Assembly: GCA_016192525.1 (NCBI GenBank)
Contig: JACPTZ010000214.1
Location: forward strand, 5,659 to 69,658
Origin: Planctomycetota bacterium
Lineage (GTDB): Bacteria > Planctomycetota > MHYJ01 > JACPTZ01
DNA: 64,000 nt
Direction: 5' to 3'
Part shown: positions 20,097 to 29,158 of the stretch, in pieces
Layout of the letters: each line of letters opens with the position of its first letter
Position numbering within the stretch: position 1 is the stretch's first letter
Translations under genes and position numbers: made by a program
Notes under the pieces: model-generated
What the model was told of the DNA's origin: nothing
The model's database searches: none
What the model saw: the letters and a program-made list of their open reading frames with translations, nothing else

Positions 20097-21611
20097 ATGG
20101 CCCAAGCCCCGCCCCCCACCACCGCCCAGTCCCTCGGCAGCCTCGTCAAGTCCGCCCGTGACATCATGCGGAAGGACAAGGGACTGAACGGCGACCTCGA
20201 CCGCCTCCCGATGCTGACGTGGGTCCTCTTCCTCAAGTTCCTCGACGACATCGAGCGAACCCGCGAACAGGAGGCGGTGATGGCCGGGAAACGCCACCGC
20301 CACGCCATCGAGTCCCCGTACCGCTGGCGCGACTGGGCCGCGAAGCCCGACGGCATCACCGGCGACGCCCTCATCTCCTTCGTCAACAGCGAGGAGGCCG
20401 TCCGCCCCGACGGCAAGCGCGGACCCGGACTCTTCGCGCATCTGCGGGGCCTCCAAGGCGCCGAGGGGGGCGACCGCCGCGATGTTGTCGCCGCCGTCTT
20501 CCGCGGCACCGTGAACCGGATGATCAACGGCTACCTCCTTCGCGACGTGATCAACAAGGTCGACGCCATCCACTTCACCTCGAACGAGGAGATCCACACC
20601 CTCGGCCACCTCTACGAATCGATGCTCAAGGAGATGCGCGACGCCGCCGGCGACAGCGGCGAATTCTACACCCCGCGCCCCGTGGTGCGGTTCATGGTGG
20701 AGGTCGCCGGTCCCCGGCTCGGGGAAACCGTCCTCGATCCCGCCTGCGGGACGGGCGGGTTCCTCGTGGAATCGTATCGCCATTTTGAAAAGCAGTGCAA
20801 GACCGTCCAGGACCGGCGCGTTCTGCAGAGGGAAAGCCTGCGCGGCGGGGAGGCCAAGCCGCTCCCGTACCTCCTCGCGCAGATGAATCTCCTCCTGCAC
20901 GGCCTCGAATCGCCGGAGATCGATCCCGGAAACAGCCTCCGCCACAATCTCAAGGAGATCGGCGATCGCGACCGCGTGGACGTCGTCCTCACGAATCCCC
21001 CCTTCGGCGGCGAGGAGGAACGCGGCGTCCTCTCCAACTTCCCGGAGGACAAGCAGACCGCGGAAACGGCGCTTCTGTTCCTCCAATTGATCATGCGGAA
21101 ACTCCGGCGCGGCTCGAAACCGGGCCGGGCGGGGGTGGTGGTCCCGAACGGGACGCTCTTCGGGGACGGCGTCTGCGCCCGGATCAAGGAGGAACTGCTG
21201 CGCGAGTTCAACCTCCACACCATCGTGCGTCTCCCGAACGGCGTGTTCGCCCCGTACACGAGCATCCCCACGAACCTGCTCTTCTTCGACCGCTCCGGTC
21301 CCACGAAGGAAGTCTGGTACTACGAGCAACCGCTCCCGGAGGGGCGCAAGAACTACACGAAGACGCAGCCGCTCCAGTACGAGGAGTTCGCCGGGTGCCT
21401 CGCCTGGTGGAAGAAGCGGAAGGAGACCGAGCGGGCGTGGCGGGTTCCGGCTGCAGAACTGCTCGCCGCCGGCTGCAACCTGGACCGGAAGAACCCGCGG
21501 GCGAAGGAGGACCTGGAGCACCTCCCGCCGGAGCAACTGGTGGAGGGCATCATCGCGAAGGAGCGTCGGATCCTGGAGATCATGGAGGAGGTTCGGGGGA
21601 TGGTGAAGTAG
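20097..21611 (+). CDS. hsdM: Type I N6-adenine methyltransferase M subunit
   Basis: GEFYTPR, DPACGTGGF, NPPF and GVFAPYT. Confidence 0.95.
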   Translation: MAQAPPPTTAQSLGSLVKSARDIMRKDKGLNGDLDRLPMLTWVLFLKFLDDIERTREQEAVMAGKRHRHAIESPYRWRDWAAKPDGITGDALISFVNSEEAVRPDGKRGPGLFAHLRGLQGAEGGDRRDVVAAVFRGTVNRMINGYLLRDVINKVDAIHFTSNEEIHTLGHLYESMLKEMRDAAGDSGEFYTPRPVVRFMVEVAGPRLGETVLDPACGTGGFLVESYRHFEKQCKTVQDRRVLQRESLRGGEAKPLPYLLAQMNLLLHGLESPEIDPGNSLRHNLKEIGDRDRVDVVLTNPPFGGEEERGVLSNFPEDKQTAETALLFLQLIMRKLRRGSKPGRAGVVVPNGTLFGDGVCARIKEELLREFNLHTIVRLPNGVFAPYTSIPTNLLFFDRSGPTKEVWYYEQPLPEGRKNYTKTQPLQYEEFAGCLAWWKKRKETERAWRVPAAELLAAGCNLDRKNPRAKEDLEHLPPEQLVEGIIAKERRILEIMEEVRGMVK

Positions 21612-21645
21612 GGGGACAAGCTATGAAGCGGGAGATTGCGGCTAA

Positions 21646-21713
21646 GAACCTATCTCAGTAGATGTCCTGCTCGCAGGGGCACGGCGGCGCCGTGCCCCTA
21701 CTGAGATGGGCTC
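21646..21713. mobile_element. Short MITE-like element
   Basis: TIR GAACCTATCTCAGTAG / CTACTGAGATGGGCTC (14/16). Its internal GGGGCACGGCG..CGCCGTGCCCCTAC hairpin resembles that at 12723-12755. Confidence 0.55.
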
Positions 21714-21799
21714 GAAACGAAGGAGCCGAGGATATCAATGAGACTGCAAAGCCGACCGGGATGTGCAATGGCCGATGAGACGAGTCCGAGCCGCGGAGC

Positions 21800-22450
21800 G
21801 CCGATGGATTCGAGCCCACGGCGCAAACCGTGGGTACGACCCACCGCATTCCCATCGCCGGCCCCGGAGGGGGGGCAGGGAAGACACGCTGCGGTGAAGG
21901 CACAGTCGCACCCCCCAGCGTGCCTTTCTGCCGCCTCCTGCGGAGGCCGGCACCCCTCGTCCCGCATCACACCCACGGCTTGCGCCGTGGGCTACGATCT
22001 GGCGCGCCCTTCGGGCGCTACAGAAGCGCACACGTTTCCCGGATCCCCTGTGGTGAGGCTCCTCTGCTCCGGCTGGGAGACTCCTCAGACATCGTCTGAG
22101 GAACCGGAGGTCCGGACGAGATGCCCGACGCCGTCGGGCAAATCGAGGGATGAGAAATGGCAGACACCGTCTGCGGAATCTTCGCGTCACCGGGCGCCCC
22201 GGAGGGGCGCAAAGAGAATAGCCCAGGGCAAGCCCCGAGCGAAGCGAGGGGCGCAGCCCTGGGTTGCTCGCACCCCAAAACATCAAGCCCCGGAGGGGCG
22301 GCAGAGTCGTTGCACGCGCCGCCGCTTCTGTCGCCCCTCCGGGGCTGGATTCCGGTTGCGCCGCAGTACCGGGGGTTTCACCCCCTCCGCCTCCGCCCCT
22401 CGGGCTACGGCGGACAGGGGCTATTGTCTCTCCGCCCCTTCGGGGCGGGT
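21800..22450. repeat. Cluster of REP-like palindromes
   Basis: Repeated CCCACGG..CCGTGGG, GCCCCGGAGGGGCG / CGCCCCTCCGGGGC and CCCAGGG..CCCTGGG hairpins. Confidence 0.65.
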
Positions 22451-22505
22451 CGTGCGGCGTCTTCGCGCCCTTCTCTCGGGCAGGCCGAACAGGTCCGTCA
22501 CCCCC

Positions 22506-22658
22506 TGCGCGTTGGACGCCCTTCCCAACCAGGTCCTCGCCACCGAGTACCGCCTGCGTCTCCCGGACGAGAAGATGCTTGCCGCGGAACGGGTCCGGAT
22601 CCGCCATCGGCTGGATCGTCGTTTCCTCGCGCCGACGAGGAAGGGGGCAAGACGATGA
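22506..22658 (+). pseudogene. C-terminal remnant of a YhcG/DUF1016-like PD-(D/E)xK nuclease
   Basis: ALDALPNQVLATEYRLRLPDEKMLAAE resembles the DUF1016 C-terminus. The stop overlaps the hsdS ATG (ATGA). Confidence 0.6.
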
Positions 22659-23803
22659 GCGGGAAATGGCCCACGGTGCGGTTGGGGGAGGTGATGACGC
22701 CGGTGGAGCGACCCGAATCACCCTTCCTCGGCACAGCCTATCGCCAACTCGGCGTCAGGCTTTGGGGCGAGGGCGCCTACGAGCGGGAACCGATTGACGG
22801 CGGTGCGACGAAGTACCACACACTATCGCGAGTCGAGGCGGACGACATCGTTGTGAACAAGATATGGGCGCGAAACGGGAGCGTTGCCGTCGTTCAGGCC
22901 CCCCTCGCGGGTTGCTTTGTGAGTGGCGAGTTTCCGACATTCTCGGCCGACCGGCGGACGCTTCTCCCGCGATGGATCCACTGGCTCACGAAAACACCCG
23001 TCTTCTGGGCTCAATGCGACGAGAAGTCACAGGGGACAAGTGGCAAGAACCGCATCAAGCCGGAACAGTTCCTGAGCGTGACAATCCCCCTCCCCCCGCC
23101 GGCGGAGCAGCGCCGGATCGTGGCGCGGATCGAGGAACTGGCCGCCAGGATCGCCGAGGCGCGCGCCCTCCGCGAGCAGGCCGTTGAGGAGACCGAGGCG
23201 CTCTGCCGCGGGATCATCGCCCGCGATCCCACCTCCAAGCCGACTCCGATGCGAGAACTTGTTCAACTGCGCCAGCCCGACGTGACGGTGCTGCCAGACG
23301 GGTCATACCAGTTTGCCGGTGTCTACTGTTTCGGACGTGGAGTGTTCCGCGCGCAGACGAAGACCGGCATCGAGTTTGCCTATCGGAAACTGACTCGGCT
23401 GAGAGCGAGAGATTTCGTGTATCCGAAGCTCATGGCATGGGAAGGTGCGCTCGGGGTTGTACCTCCGGAGTGTGACGGGTGCGTTGTCTCGACCGAGTTC
23501 CCTGTCTTCCAAGTCCATGAAGACCGCGTCTATGCGGAGGTCTTGGACACCTACTTCAGGACGCCCGCTGTCTGGCCGGCGCTTTCCGGCGCAAGCACGG
23601 GAACGAATGTCCGCAGGCGGCGCCTCAATCCGGACGATTTTCTGAACTACAAGATGCCCTTGCCTTCCCGTCGGACGCAGGACCGACTGCGCAAGGTGAG
23701 GGCGCGGACTGGCGCGCTAGCGCCGTGGCATTCCGAAACCGCCACCGCCCTCCACGCCCTCCTCCCCGCCGTGCTCGACCGCGCGTTCAAGGGAGACCTG
23801 TGA
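22655..23803 (+). CDS. hsdS: Type I specificity subunit S
   Basis: WPTVRLGEV, IPLPPPAEQRRIV, MPLPS..Q and LLPAVLDRAFKGDL; two TRDs. Confidence 0.92.
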   Translation: MSGKWPTVRLGEVMTPVERPESPFLGTAYRQLGVRLWGEGAYEREPIDGGATKYHTLSRVEADDIVVNKIWARNGSVAVVQAPLAGCFVSGEFPTFSADRRTLLPRWIHWLTKTPVFWAQCDEKSQGTSGKNRIKPEQFLSVTIPLPPPAEQRRIVARIEELAARIAEARALREQAVEETEALCRGIIARDPTSKPTPMRELVQLRQPDVTVLPDGSYQFAGVYCFGRGVFRAQTKTGIEFAYRKLTRLRARDFVYPKLMAWEGALGVVPPECDGCVVSTEFPVFQVHEDRVYAEVLDTYFRTPAVWPALSGASTGTNVRRRRLNPDDFLNYKMPLPSRRTQDRLRKVRARTGALAPWHSETATALHALLPAVLDRAFKGDL

Positions 23804-24072
23804 AGCCCGCCCCCACGGATCGTCAGGGCCAGTTCCTGGCCTATATCCACAACTACAGCCTCTTGAACGGCCGACCGCCGGCCGAGGCGGACATGCAGCG
23901 GTTCTTCCAGGTGTCACCGCCGAGCGTGCATCAGATGGTGCTCACGCTGGAGCGCCGTGGGTTCATTCGCCGCGTCCCCGGTGCCGCGCGCCGCATCACC
24001 CTGCTCGTGACAGATGGGTCACTGCCTCCCCTGCAGCCTCATCAATTCCGCAACAAGCGGGAAGAACCCTGA
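23800..24072 (+). CDS. Small LexA-N/MarR-like winged-helix protein
   Basis: TDRQGQFLAYI...PPAEADM..FFQVSPPSVHQMVLTLERRGFI; GTGA-coupled to hsdS. Confidence 0.8.
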   Translation: MKPAPTDRQGQFLAYIHNYSLLNGRPPAEADMQRFFQVSPPSVHQMVLTLERRGFIRRVPGAARRITLLVTDGSLPPLQPHQFRNKREEP

Positions 24073-24117
24073 CATCCGGACGGTCGTCAGTCCACAACCA
24101 ATCACGGAGGACTGGTC

Positions 24118-24504
24118 ATGGAAGATCCCTTTGCCCCTGAAACTCCCGATCCAGAAGGGCGCCACAAGTTCCACTTCGACAAGGCGGGTAGGGCGCTCGA
24201 CGAACAGTATCGAGAGGGCCTTGGGACTCACGAAATCCTCCGCCTGCAAGCCCGATATATCTTTGAGGCCGCTCGTTGTGCCTCCGGGTGGCTTTCGGAG
24301 GATCTTCGCATTCGCCGCTACCGGCTGCTCTGTGAGCAGGAGAAGATGCGCCTGAGCTCCGCGGAGGCGAGCAAGCAACTCGTCGACGAGATCCGGCGAC
24401 TCAAGGAGTCGTCGGATCGCCGGCAAACGTGGCTCGTCATCGGCACGTGGGTTCTTGCGGCGGCCACGATCGCGCTGGGCTGGATCGAGCACGCTAAACT
24501 GTGA
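24118..24504 (+). CDS. Hypothetical protein with C-terminal TM helix
   Basis: GGAGG SD, 128 aa, coiled coil then hydrophobic WLVIGTWVLAAATIALGW. Confidence 0.55.
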   Translation: MEDPFAPETPDPEGRHKFHFDKAGRALDEQYREGLGTHEILRLQARYIFEAARCASGWLSEDLRIRRYRLLCEQEKMRLSSAEASKQLVDEIRRLKESSDRRQTWLVIGTWVLAAATIALGWIEHAKL

Positions 24505-24571
24505 GAACTCGTCGCGGCGGTGACGCTTCCCCCCGCCATGATCGACCGGGTTCCCTGTCGTGAGCCCCCGC

Positions 24572-24973
24572 TCAGAGTAGAAATTTCTCGATCCGTGCGC
24601 CCGAGATCGGGATCCGGAAGCACTCTCCCGGCTTCGCCGTGCGTGCCGCTTCCAGGATCGCGTCCCAGAGATGAAGGAGGCGACTCGCCTGCTCCCGCGG
24701 AGAGATGCTCATGTATCCCTTGGCGAGGAGGAAGATGTTCAGCCCGGTTTGCCGGAGGATCTCGCGCTGGGCGGGCGGCTTGTGAATGCGATCGAGCGAA
24801 ATGACGAACCACCCGCCCCTGCGGGCGAGATCTCTTATCCAGACGATGTCCCCAGGGTCCTTGGAGAACTCCTCCAGAAGGTGGCGAACCTCGCATGACT
24901 CCTCCTCGAGGATCCGCAGGGCCTGCGCCAGACGCGGCGAGAGGCAATTGTCGATGAGGACCTTGATCTTCAC
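24572..24973 (-). CDS. PIN-like toxin (VapC45-like)
   Basis: KVLIDNCLSPRLA...D..WI...ISLD; overlaps the upstream DUF433 gene (GTGA). Confidence 0.8.
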   Translation of the reverse strand: MKIKVLIDNCLSPRLAQALRILEEESCEVRHLLEEFSKDPGDIVWIRDLARRGGWFVISLDRIHKPPAQREILRQTGLNIFLLAKGYMSISPREQASRLLHLWDAILEAARTAKPGECFRIPISGARIEKFLL

Positions 24974-25668
24974 GCCGCGAGCGATTCCTCGAAACGCACG
25001 GCATCCCGCACGGCGCGAACGGGGATCCCGTACCAGCCCGCGACGAGCGACTCGGAGTGGCCGCCCCGCACCGCTTCGGAAAGCACGATCGTCGGGACCG
25101 ACTTCGTCTCCACGATCGGGGCCCCGAAGGAACGCGCCGGATCGATCACCACGCAGCGGTCGCGCCCCGTCGGCCACCACCTCTGCGGATCGCGGGCGCC
25201 AAAATCCAGATTCTCCAAGAAGGGATCGAGGAGTCGATGGAAGTGGAGTTGATGACTCACAAGGTCCAAGAGCGCCCGATCCTCGGTGGGAAGCAAGGCA
25301 TCCAGGAGCAGGGTGCGGCCGAGCGTCACGAATCGCTGGGTGCAGAAGGGGTGATTCGTGCGCAGTTCTTCGGCGGCCTTTTTCCCCACGTCATGGATCG
25401 TGGTCCAGGCGACCCGGCGCGACCTCAACTGGTCGACCACGAACACCTCAAGAAGATCGAGGAAACTCAGGCATACGCCCCCATCAGTCGTGCCGATGTC
25501 CGCGCGCCAGACGGGAGGACGATCGACACGGCCCTTTCCGTAATCGTAGTGATAGCCGGCGATCCACCGCCTCACACGCCCCAGGGAAACGCCGGTGAGG
25601 CGAGCCGCCTCCGGGATCGTGTAGATTCCGATTCCGAGGATCGACGGCGTCTCTTTCGAGTTCGTCAT
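24970..25668 (-). CDS. DUF433/VapB45-like antitoxin
   Basis: GIYTIPEAARL..RVRRW, LSFLDLLE, HPF, VVIDPARSFGAP and AVRFE. Confidence 0.82.
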   Translation of the reverse strand: MTNSKETPSILGIGIYTIPEAARLTGVSLGRVRRWIAGYHYDYGKGRVDRPPVWRADIGTTDGGVCLSFLDLLEVFVVDQLRSRRVAWTTIHDVGKKAAEELRTNHPFCTQRFVTLGRTLLLDALLPTEDRALLDLVSHQLHFHRLLDPFLENLDFGARDPQRWWPTGRDRCVVIDPARSFGAPIVETKSVPTIVLSEAVRGGHSESLVAGWYGIPVRAVRDAVRFEESLAA

Positions 25669-25745
25669 GCGGGATTCCGCGGGAGGAGAGTGATGGCGTT
25701 GATGCTCTTGCCAGGGCACGAGAACAGTAACACGAGGGGGCGGAA

Positions 25746-25976
25746 GTGTCAATCTCGCTCGGGAACGTCGATCCCGGTGTCGCCTGCTCGGAATCCCGTT
25801 ACCGGCTGCGTGAAGGTCAGACGCGGATGCGAGCACTGCTACACCGAGCGACTCTCCGGGCGACTTCGGGGAAAGCCCGGGCGTCCGTTCGGGCAGGGGT
25901 TCGATCCGAGGCAGGCACATCGTTGAACTCCGGATCAAGGCAGGCGAGAACTTCGTCAGCGGAACTCGACGCCTGA
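25746..25976 (+). pseudogene. Remnant of DUF5131 (phage Gp37/Gp68-like) gene
   Basis: NPVTGCVKVRRGCEHCYTER...GQGFD. The frame is broken and truncated. Confidence 0.65.
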
Positions 25977-26010
25977 TCCAGACCTTCCACCTCCGCACTC
26001 ACCGAAAACA

Positions 26011-26039
26011 TTGACCTGGTTATCGTATCCCGGTATGGT
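26011..26039 (+). promoter_or_regulatory. Sigma70-type promoter for the secreted module
   Basis: TTGACC-N17-TATGGT. Confidence 0.55.
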
Positions 26040-26120
26040 AGCCGTAGGGAAAGGGAACAGCCTGGCGCCCCTGGATGCGCCAAGGCCGCCGCCGCCGACA
26101 CGTGTCGAAGGAGCATCTCC

Positions 26121-27728
26121 ATGCCGAGAGACCCTCTCTCTCGCTGCGTTCTTCTGCTCGCCTTGTGGGTGCCTTTCGCCGTCGGAGCGGCGGATCTCCG
26201 GGCCCAGGACGCCGCGCCTCCCACGCGTCTCGTCACCGTGAGCGGGGTCATTCACGACGTCGCTGGAAACGCGCTGGCGCACGCGATCGTGGCCTTCCCC
26301 CACCCGTACGGTTTGAGCATGACGTCGACGGACTCGAATGGGGAGTACAGAATCAAGGTGGAGAGCACGTGGAACACGATCGAGATCTACCCGGGTGGAA
26401 AGGACAGCCTCTCGGGAGCGCCGCTTGTTCGAGTGACCGGGCTGGTGTGGGAGGGCGACCAGGAACAGTTTTCCTATCCGGTCCAGGGAAGAACCGATCT
26501 CCATCTCTCCGTGGTGAACTCCAGCGGGGCGCTTGTCCACGGGCTGAAGGCGCTCATTGAACCGGCGATCGGGGAGCGGGAGTCTCGCGTCATTCAGTTG
26601 GCTGTATGCCTCGACGACCGATTCGTGCTCCCTCAGAAAAAGGTCTACGTCGCGCCTTCCCTGGGGGCCGGGAGATTCAACTTGAGAGTGTTGGACGGTT
26701 CGGGAGCGGTCATCCCGGAAGCTGCAGGGAAGGGGCTGACTCTGGAGATTCCCCCATCGGCCCAGGGAACGCACCTGATACGCCTGAACGCCTCGCCGGC
26801 GGAACGGGAACTTCTCGCGAAGGTCGTTACAGGAGACATGCCCGGACCGGGGGTCGACGTCGGCGTCTTCAGCATTGAGGATGTGCTGGCCGCCGTCGAA
26901 TCCGGCGCTCTCCCCGGCCCGGCGAAATCAGACGCGCACGGGACAGCCTGTTTCCGCCATCTTCAGGCTGCTTCTTATGTCGTGGTAGCCGGATTCGGAA
27001 ACGGCTCCGCAGACGCCGCGGAGGGTCGAGCGCCCGCGTGGATCGGACTTGTGGGCGGGCTTGATCTGAGTGTCGAGAACAGGGCAGAGTGCCGAGTCCA
27101 GATGCCTCCGTCCGGGCAAGCCTGCGGAACTTTGGCCGGCCAGGTCCTTGACGAGGCGCAACGAACCCCCGTGAAAGGAGCCAGCGTACTCCTTTGGGAA
27201 GGGCCTGCCGGACGGGTCCTGTGCGAAACGAAGCGCCTGAACGGCACGGCTGGAGGGCCCCTGCTGATTCCGGTGCCGCTGAGCCGGGAGTCGGACCTCA
27301 ACGGCAAGTTCCGACTCGATGCGCTCCCTCCGGGCGCCTACACACTCCTTGTCTTCAGGGATGTGTCTAGTTCCGCCGGAAGTATTTGCCGCGTCTCGAT
27401 TGAGGCCGGCCGCGCCGCGGAGATCTCGATCGGCCTTCCTCCGGGGACGCCGGGCGGCACGATCTTCGGCCGAGTGCGCCGCAGCAGGCCGATTCCCGCG
27501 GGCCGCGCACCTTGCGATGCCGTCTACGCCTTCTCGTCCGATGGCAAGAGCGTGGGACGGGCTCACGTGGACGCAAAGGGGGACTTTACCATGTCTCGGA
27601 TGTCCGTTGGCGAGTATAGCCTTCAGCCGACCGACTATCACTCGCTGCTCATGTGTGTTGCGAAGAGCCCGCGTCCTGCGAGTGTGGAAGACGGGGTATC
27701 CACGAACGTCCTCATCGAAGTCGAATAG
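26121..27728 (+). CDS. Secreted protein with carboxypeptidase-regulatory-like (transthyretin-like beta-sandwich) repeats
   Basis: Signal peptide; repeated G.V.D..G.P...A.V and SD.NG.F....LPPG.Y.L; AAGGAG SD. Confidence 0.75.
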   Translation: MPRDPLSRCVLLLALWVPFAVGAADLRAQDAAPPTRLVTVSGVIHDVAGNALAHAIVAFPHPYGLSMTSTDSNGEYRIKVESTWNTIEIYPGGKDSLSGAPLVRVTGLVWEGDQEQFSYPVQGRTDLHLSVVNSSGALVHGLKALIEPAIGERESRVIQLAVCLDDRFVLPQKKVYVAPSLGAGRFNLRVLDGSGAVIPEAAGKGLTLEIPPSAQGTHLIRLNASPAERELLAKVVTGDMPGPGVDVGVFSIEDVLAAVESGALPGPAKSDAHGTACFRHLQAASYVVVAGFGNGSADAAEGRAPAWIGLVGGLDLSVENRAECRVQMPPSGQACGTLAGQVLDEAQRTPVKGASVLLWEGPAGRVLCETKRLNGTAGGPLLIPVPLSRESDLNGKFRLDALPPGAYTLLVFRDVSSSAGSICRVSIEAGRAAEISIGLPPGTPGGTIFGRVRRSRPIPAGRAPCDAVYAFSSDGKSVGRAHVDAKGDFTMSRMSVGEYSLQPTDYHSLLMCVAKSPRPASVEDGVSTNVLIEVE

Positions 27729-27739
27729 GGAGGAGCGAG

Positions 27740-29137
27740 ATGAAGCGCTTCACCATCATAGCGGCGGTGCTTCTCTTCTGGGGTAGGGCCGAGGCGCAGA
27801 GCCCGGCCGCTCCGGAATCCCCTTCCTCGGGCAAGGTTCGGGGCAGGCTGGTGGCCGAGGGCGGTGCCCCGATCTCCTCCGTCCAGGTGCGCCTGCTACG
27901 AGGTCAGCACTCCGTAGGGGAGGCTGTTGCCGCGGACGATGGGAGGTTCACTTTCGAGGCCCTGCCCGACGGGACCTACACGCTGAGCGTGCCGGAAAAG
28001 GTCCACGACCCGACCAAGTGGTACCGGCTCGGGACGCCGGATGATTTCTTTCCCTTCGTCCGGGTCAAGGGGGCGGCAGAGGTCGATTGCGGGGACATCA
28101 ACCTGATCCGGTACGGGGTGGAATTGTGCGGGCGCGTCGTCGACCGGGACGAGAAACCCGTGGTGGGGGCCCGCATCTTCGTCGCGCGTTCGGATGGATT
28201 TCACTGGGGACCGGGTGAGACCGATGCGAAGGGTGAATACTCCCTTCTGGTGACCCCATGGAACCAAGGCTGGGGGGTGACCGCGTTGAAGGTCCTGGTG
28301 GACGGAAACACGCTCTTCGTCGAGGAACACGCCGGGTGGACCGCATGGCAGAGCCATCGGATGGAGGTCAGGATAGATCGGCGGACCGTGCGCCTTCACG
28401 GGAGGGCAACGATGAACGAGAAGCCCGCAGAGGGGGCCAAGGTGTATGTGTACCAGAGTTCCCAGAAGACCGACCTCACCTTCTATCCTCCTGAGGAGAC
28501 ATCGGCGGAAGGCGTCTATGAGTTCGGTACCCTCCCGCGTGGCGCCTATACGGTGGCCTGCGTGTTTCCCGGCGCGCCCACGGTCTACGCGGAAACCGAC
28601 CTTCGCGACGCGGAGCGCGACAAGCGAATCAACTTCCATTGCGACGGTCCCTATGCAGGCGGCGTGACGGGGCGAATCGAGGTCATCGCGGCGGGACGCC
28701 CCTTTTCGGGGAGCGCGCGCCGACTGAAATCGGCGGAGTTACGGCGAGGCGTCTACCTGAAGATCCTGGACGAGGACCGCTACGTTCGTCCCCTCGCGCC
28801 GGCTGCCTTTCTGGAGGAGGATGGCGATGCATGGACGTTTTCGGCAGACAATCTCGATCCGAAAGCGTACGGGTGCCGGATCGGAATTGTGTGCGCAAAT
28901 CGACCGCCGGCCGGTCTGGAACCGTTGGCCAGTCGAGCCGCCACGGCCAGTCCCTTCTGGATGCTGTATGAGGCATGGCGTCCGCTGCCGTCCGATCCTC
29001 TCGCCGACGAGATCTCGAAGAACCTCATCATGTACGTGCAACGCGACAAGCCGGAGAGTTTCCTTTGCCGCAAAGAATTCACGCAGACCGACCTGAAGGT
29101 GCTCCTCGGTCGGCGGTCCATCGAGTTTGAAGAATGA
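27740..29137 (+). CDS. Secreted protein with carboxypeptidase-regulatory-like repeats
   Basis: Signal MKRFTII..AEAQ; DDGRFTFEALPDGTYTL, GRVVDRDEKPVVGA, TDAKGEY and LPRGAY. Confidence 0.75.
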   Translation: MKRFTIIAAVLLFWGRAEAQSPAAPESPSSGKVRGRLVAEGGAPISSVQVRLLRGQHSVGEAVAADDGRFTFEALPDGTYTLSVPEKVHDPTKWYRLGTPDDFFPFVRVKGAAEVDCGDINLIRYGVELCGRVVDRDEKPVVGARIFVARSDGFHWGPGETDAKGEYSLLVTPWNQGWGVTALKVLVDGNTLFVEEHAGWTAWQSHRMEVRIDRRTVRLHGRATMNEKPAEGAKVYVYQSSQKTDLTFYPPEETSAEGVYEFGTLPRGAYTVACVFPGAPTVYAETDLRDAERDKRINFHCDGPYAGGVTGRIEVIAAGRPFSGSARRLKSAELRRGVYLKILDEDRYVRPLAPAAFLEEDGDAWTFSADNLDPKAYGCRIGIVCANRPPAGLEPLASRAATASPFWMLYEAWRPLPSDPLADEISKNLIMYVQRDKPESFLCRKEFTQTDLKVLLGRRSIEFEE

Positions 29138-29158
29138 ACGATCGAGGGGAGGTGTGCT

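Noticed and set aside
21738-22500. ORFs crossing the hsdM-hsdS gap, including the 5' extension of ORF 22157..23803
   Set aside because: They read through REP palindromes and have Arg/Pro-rich non-protein-like composition; hsdS begins at 22655.
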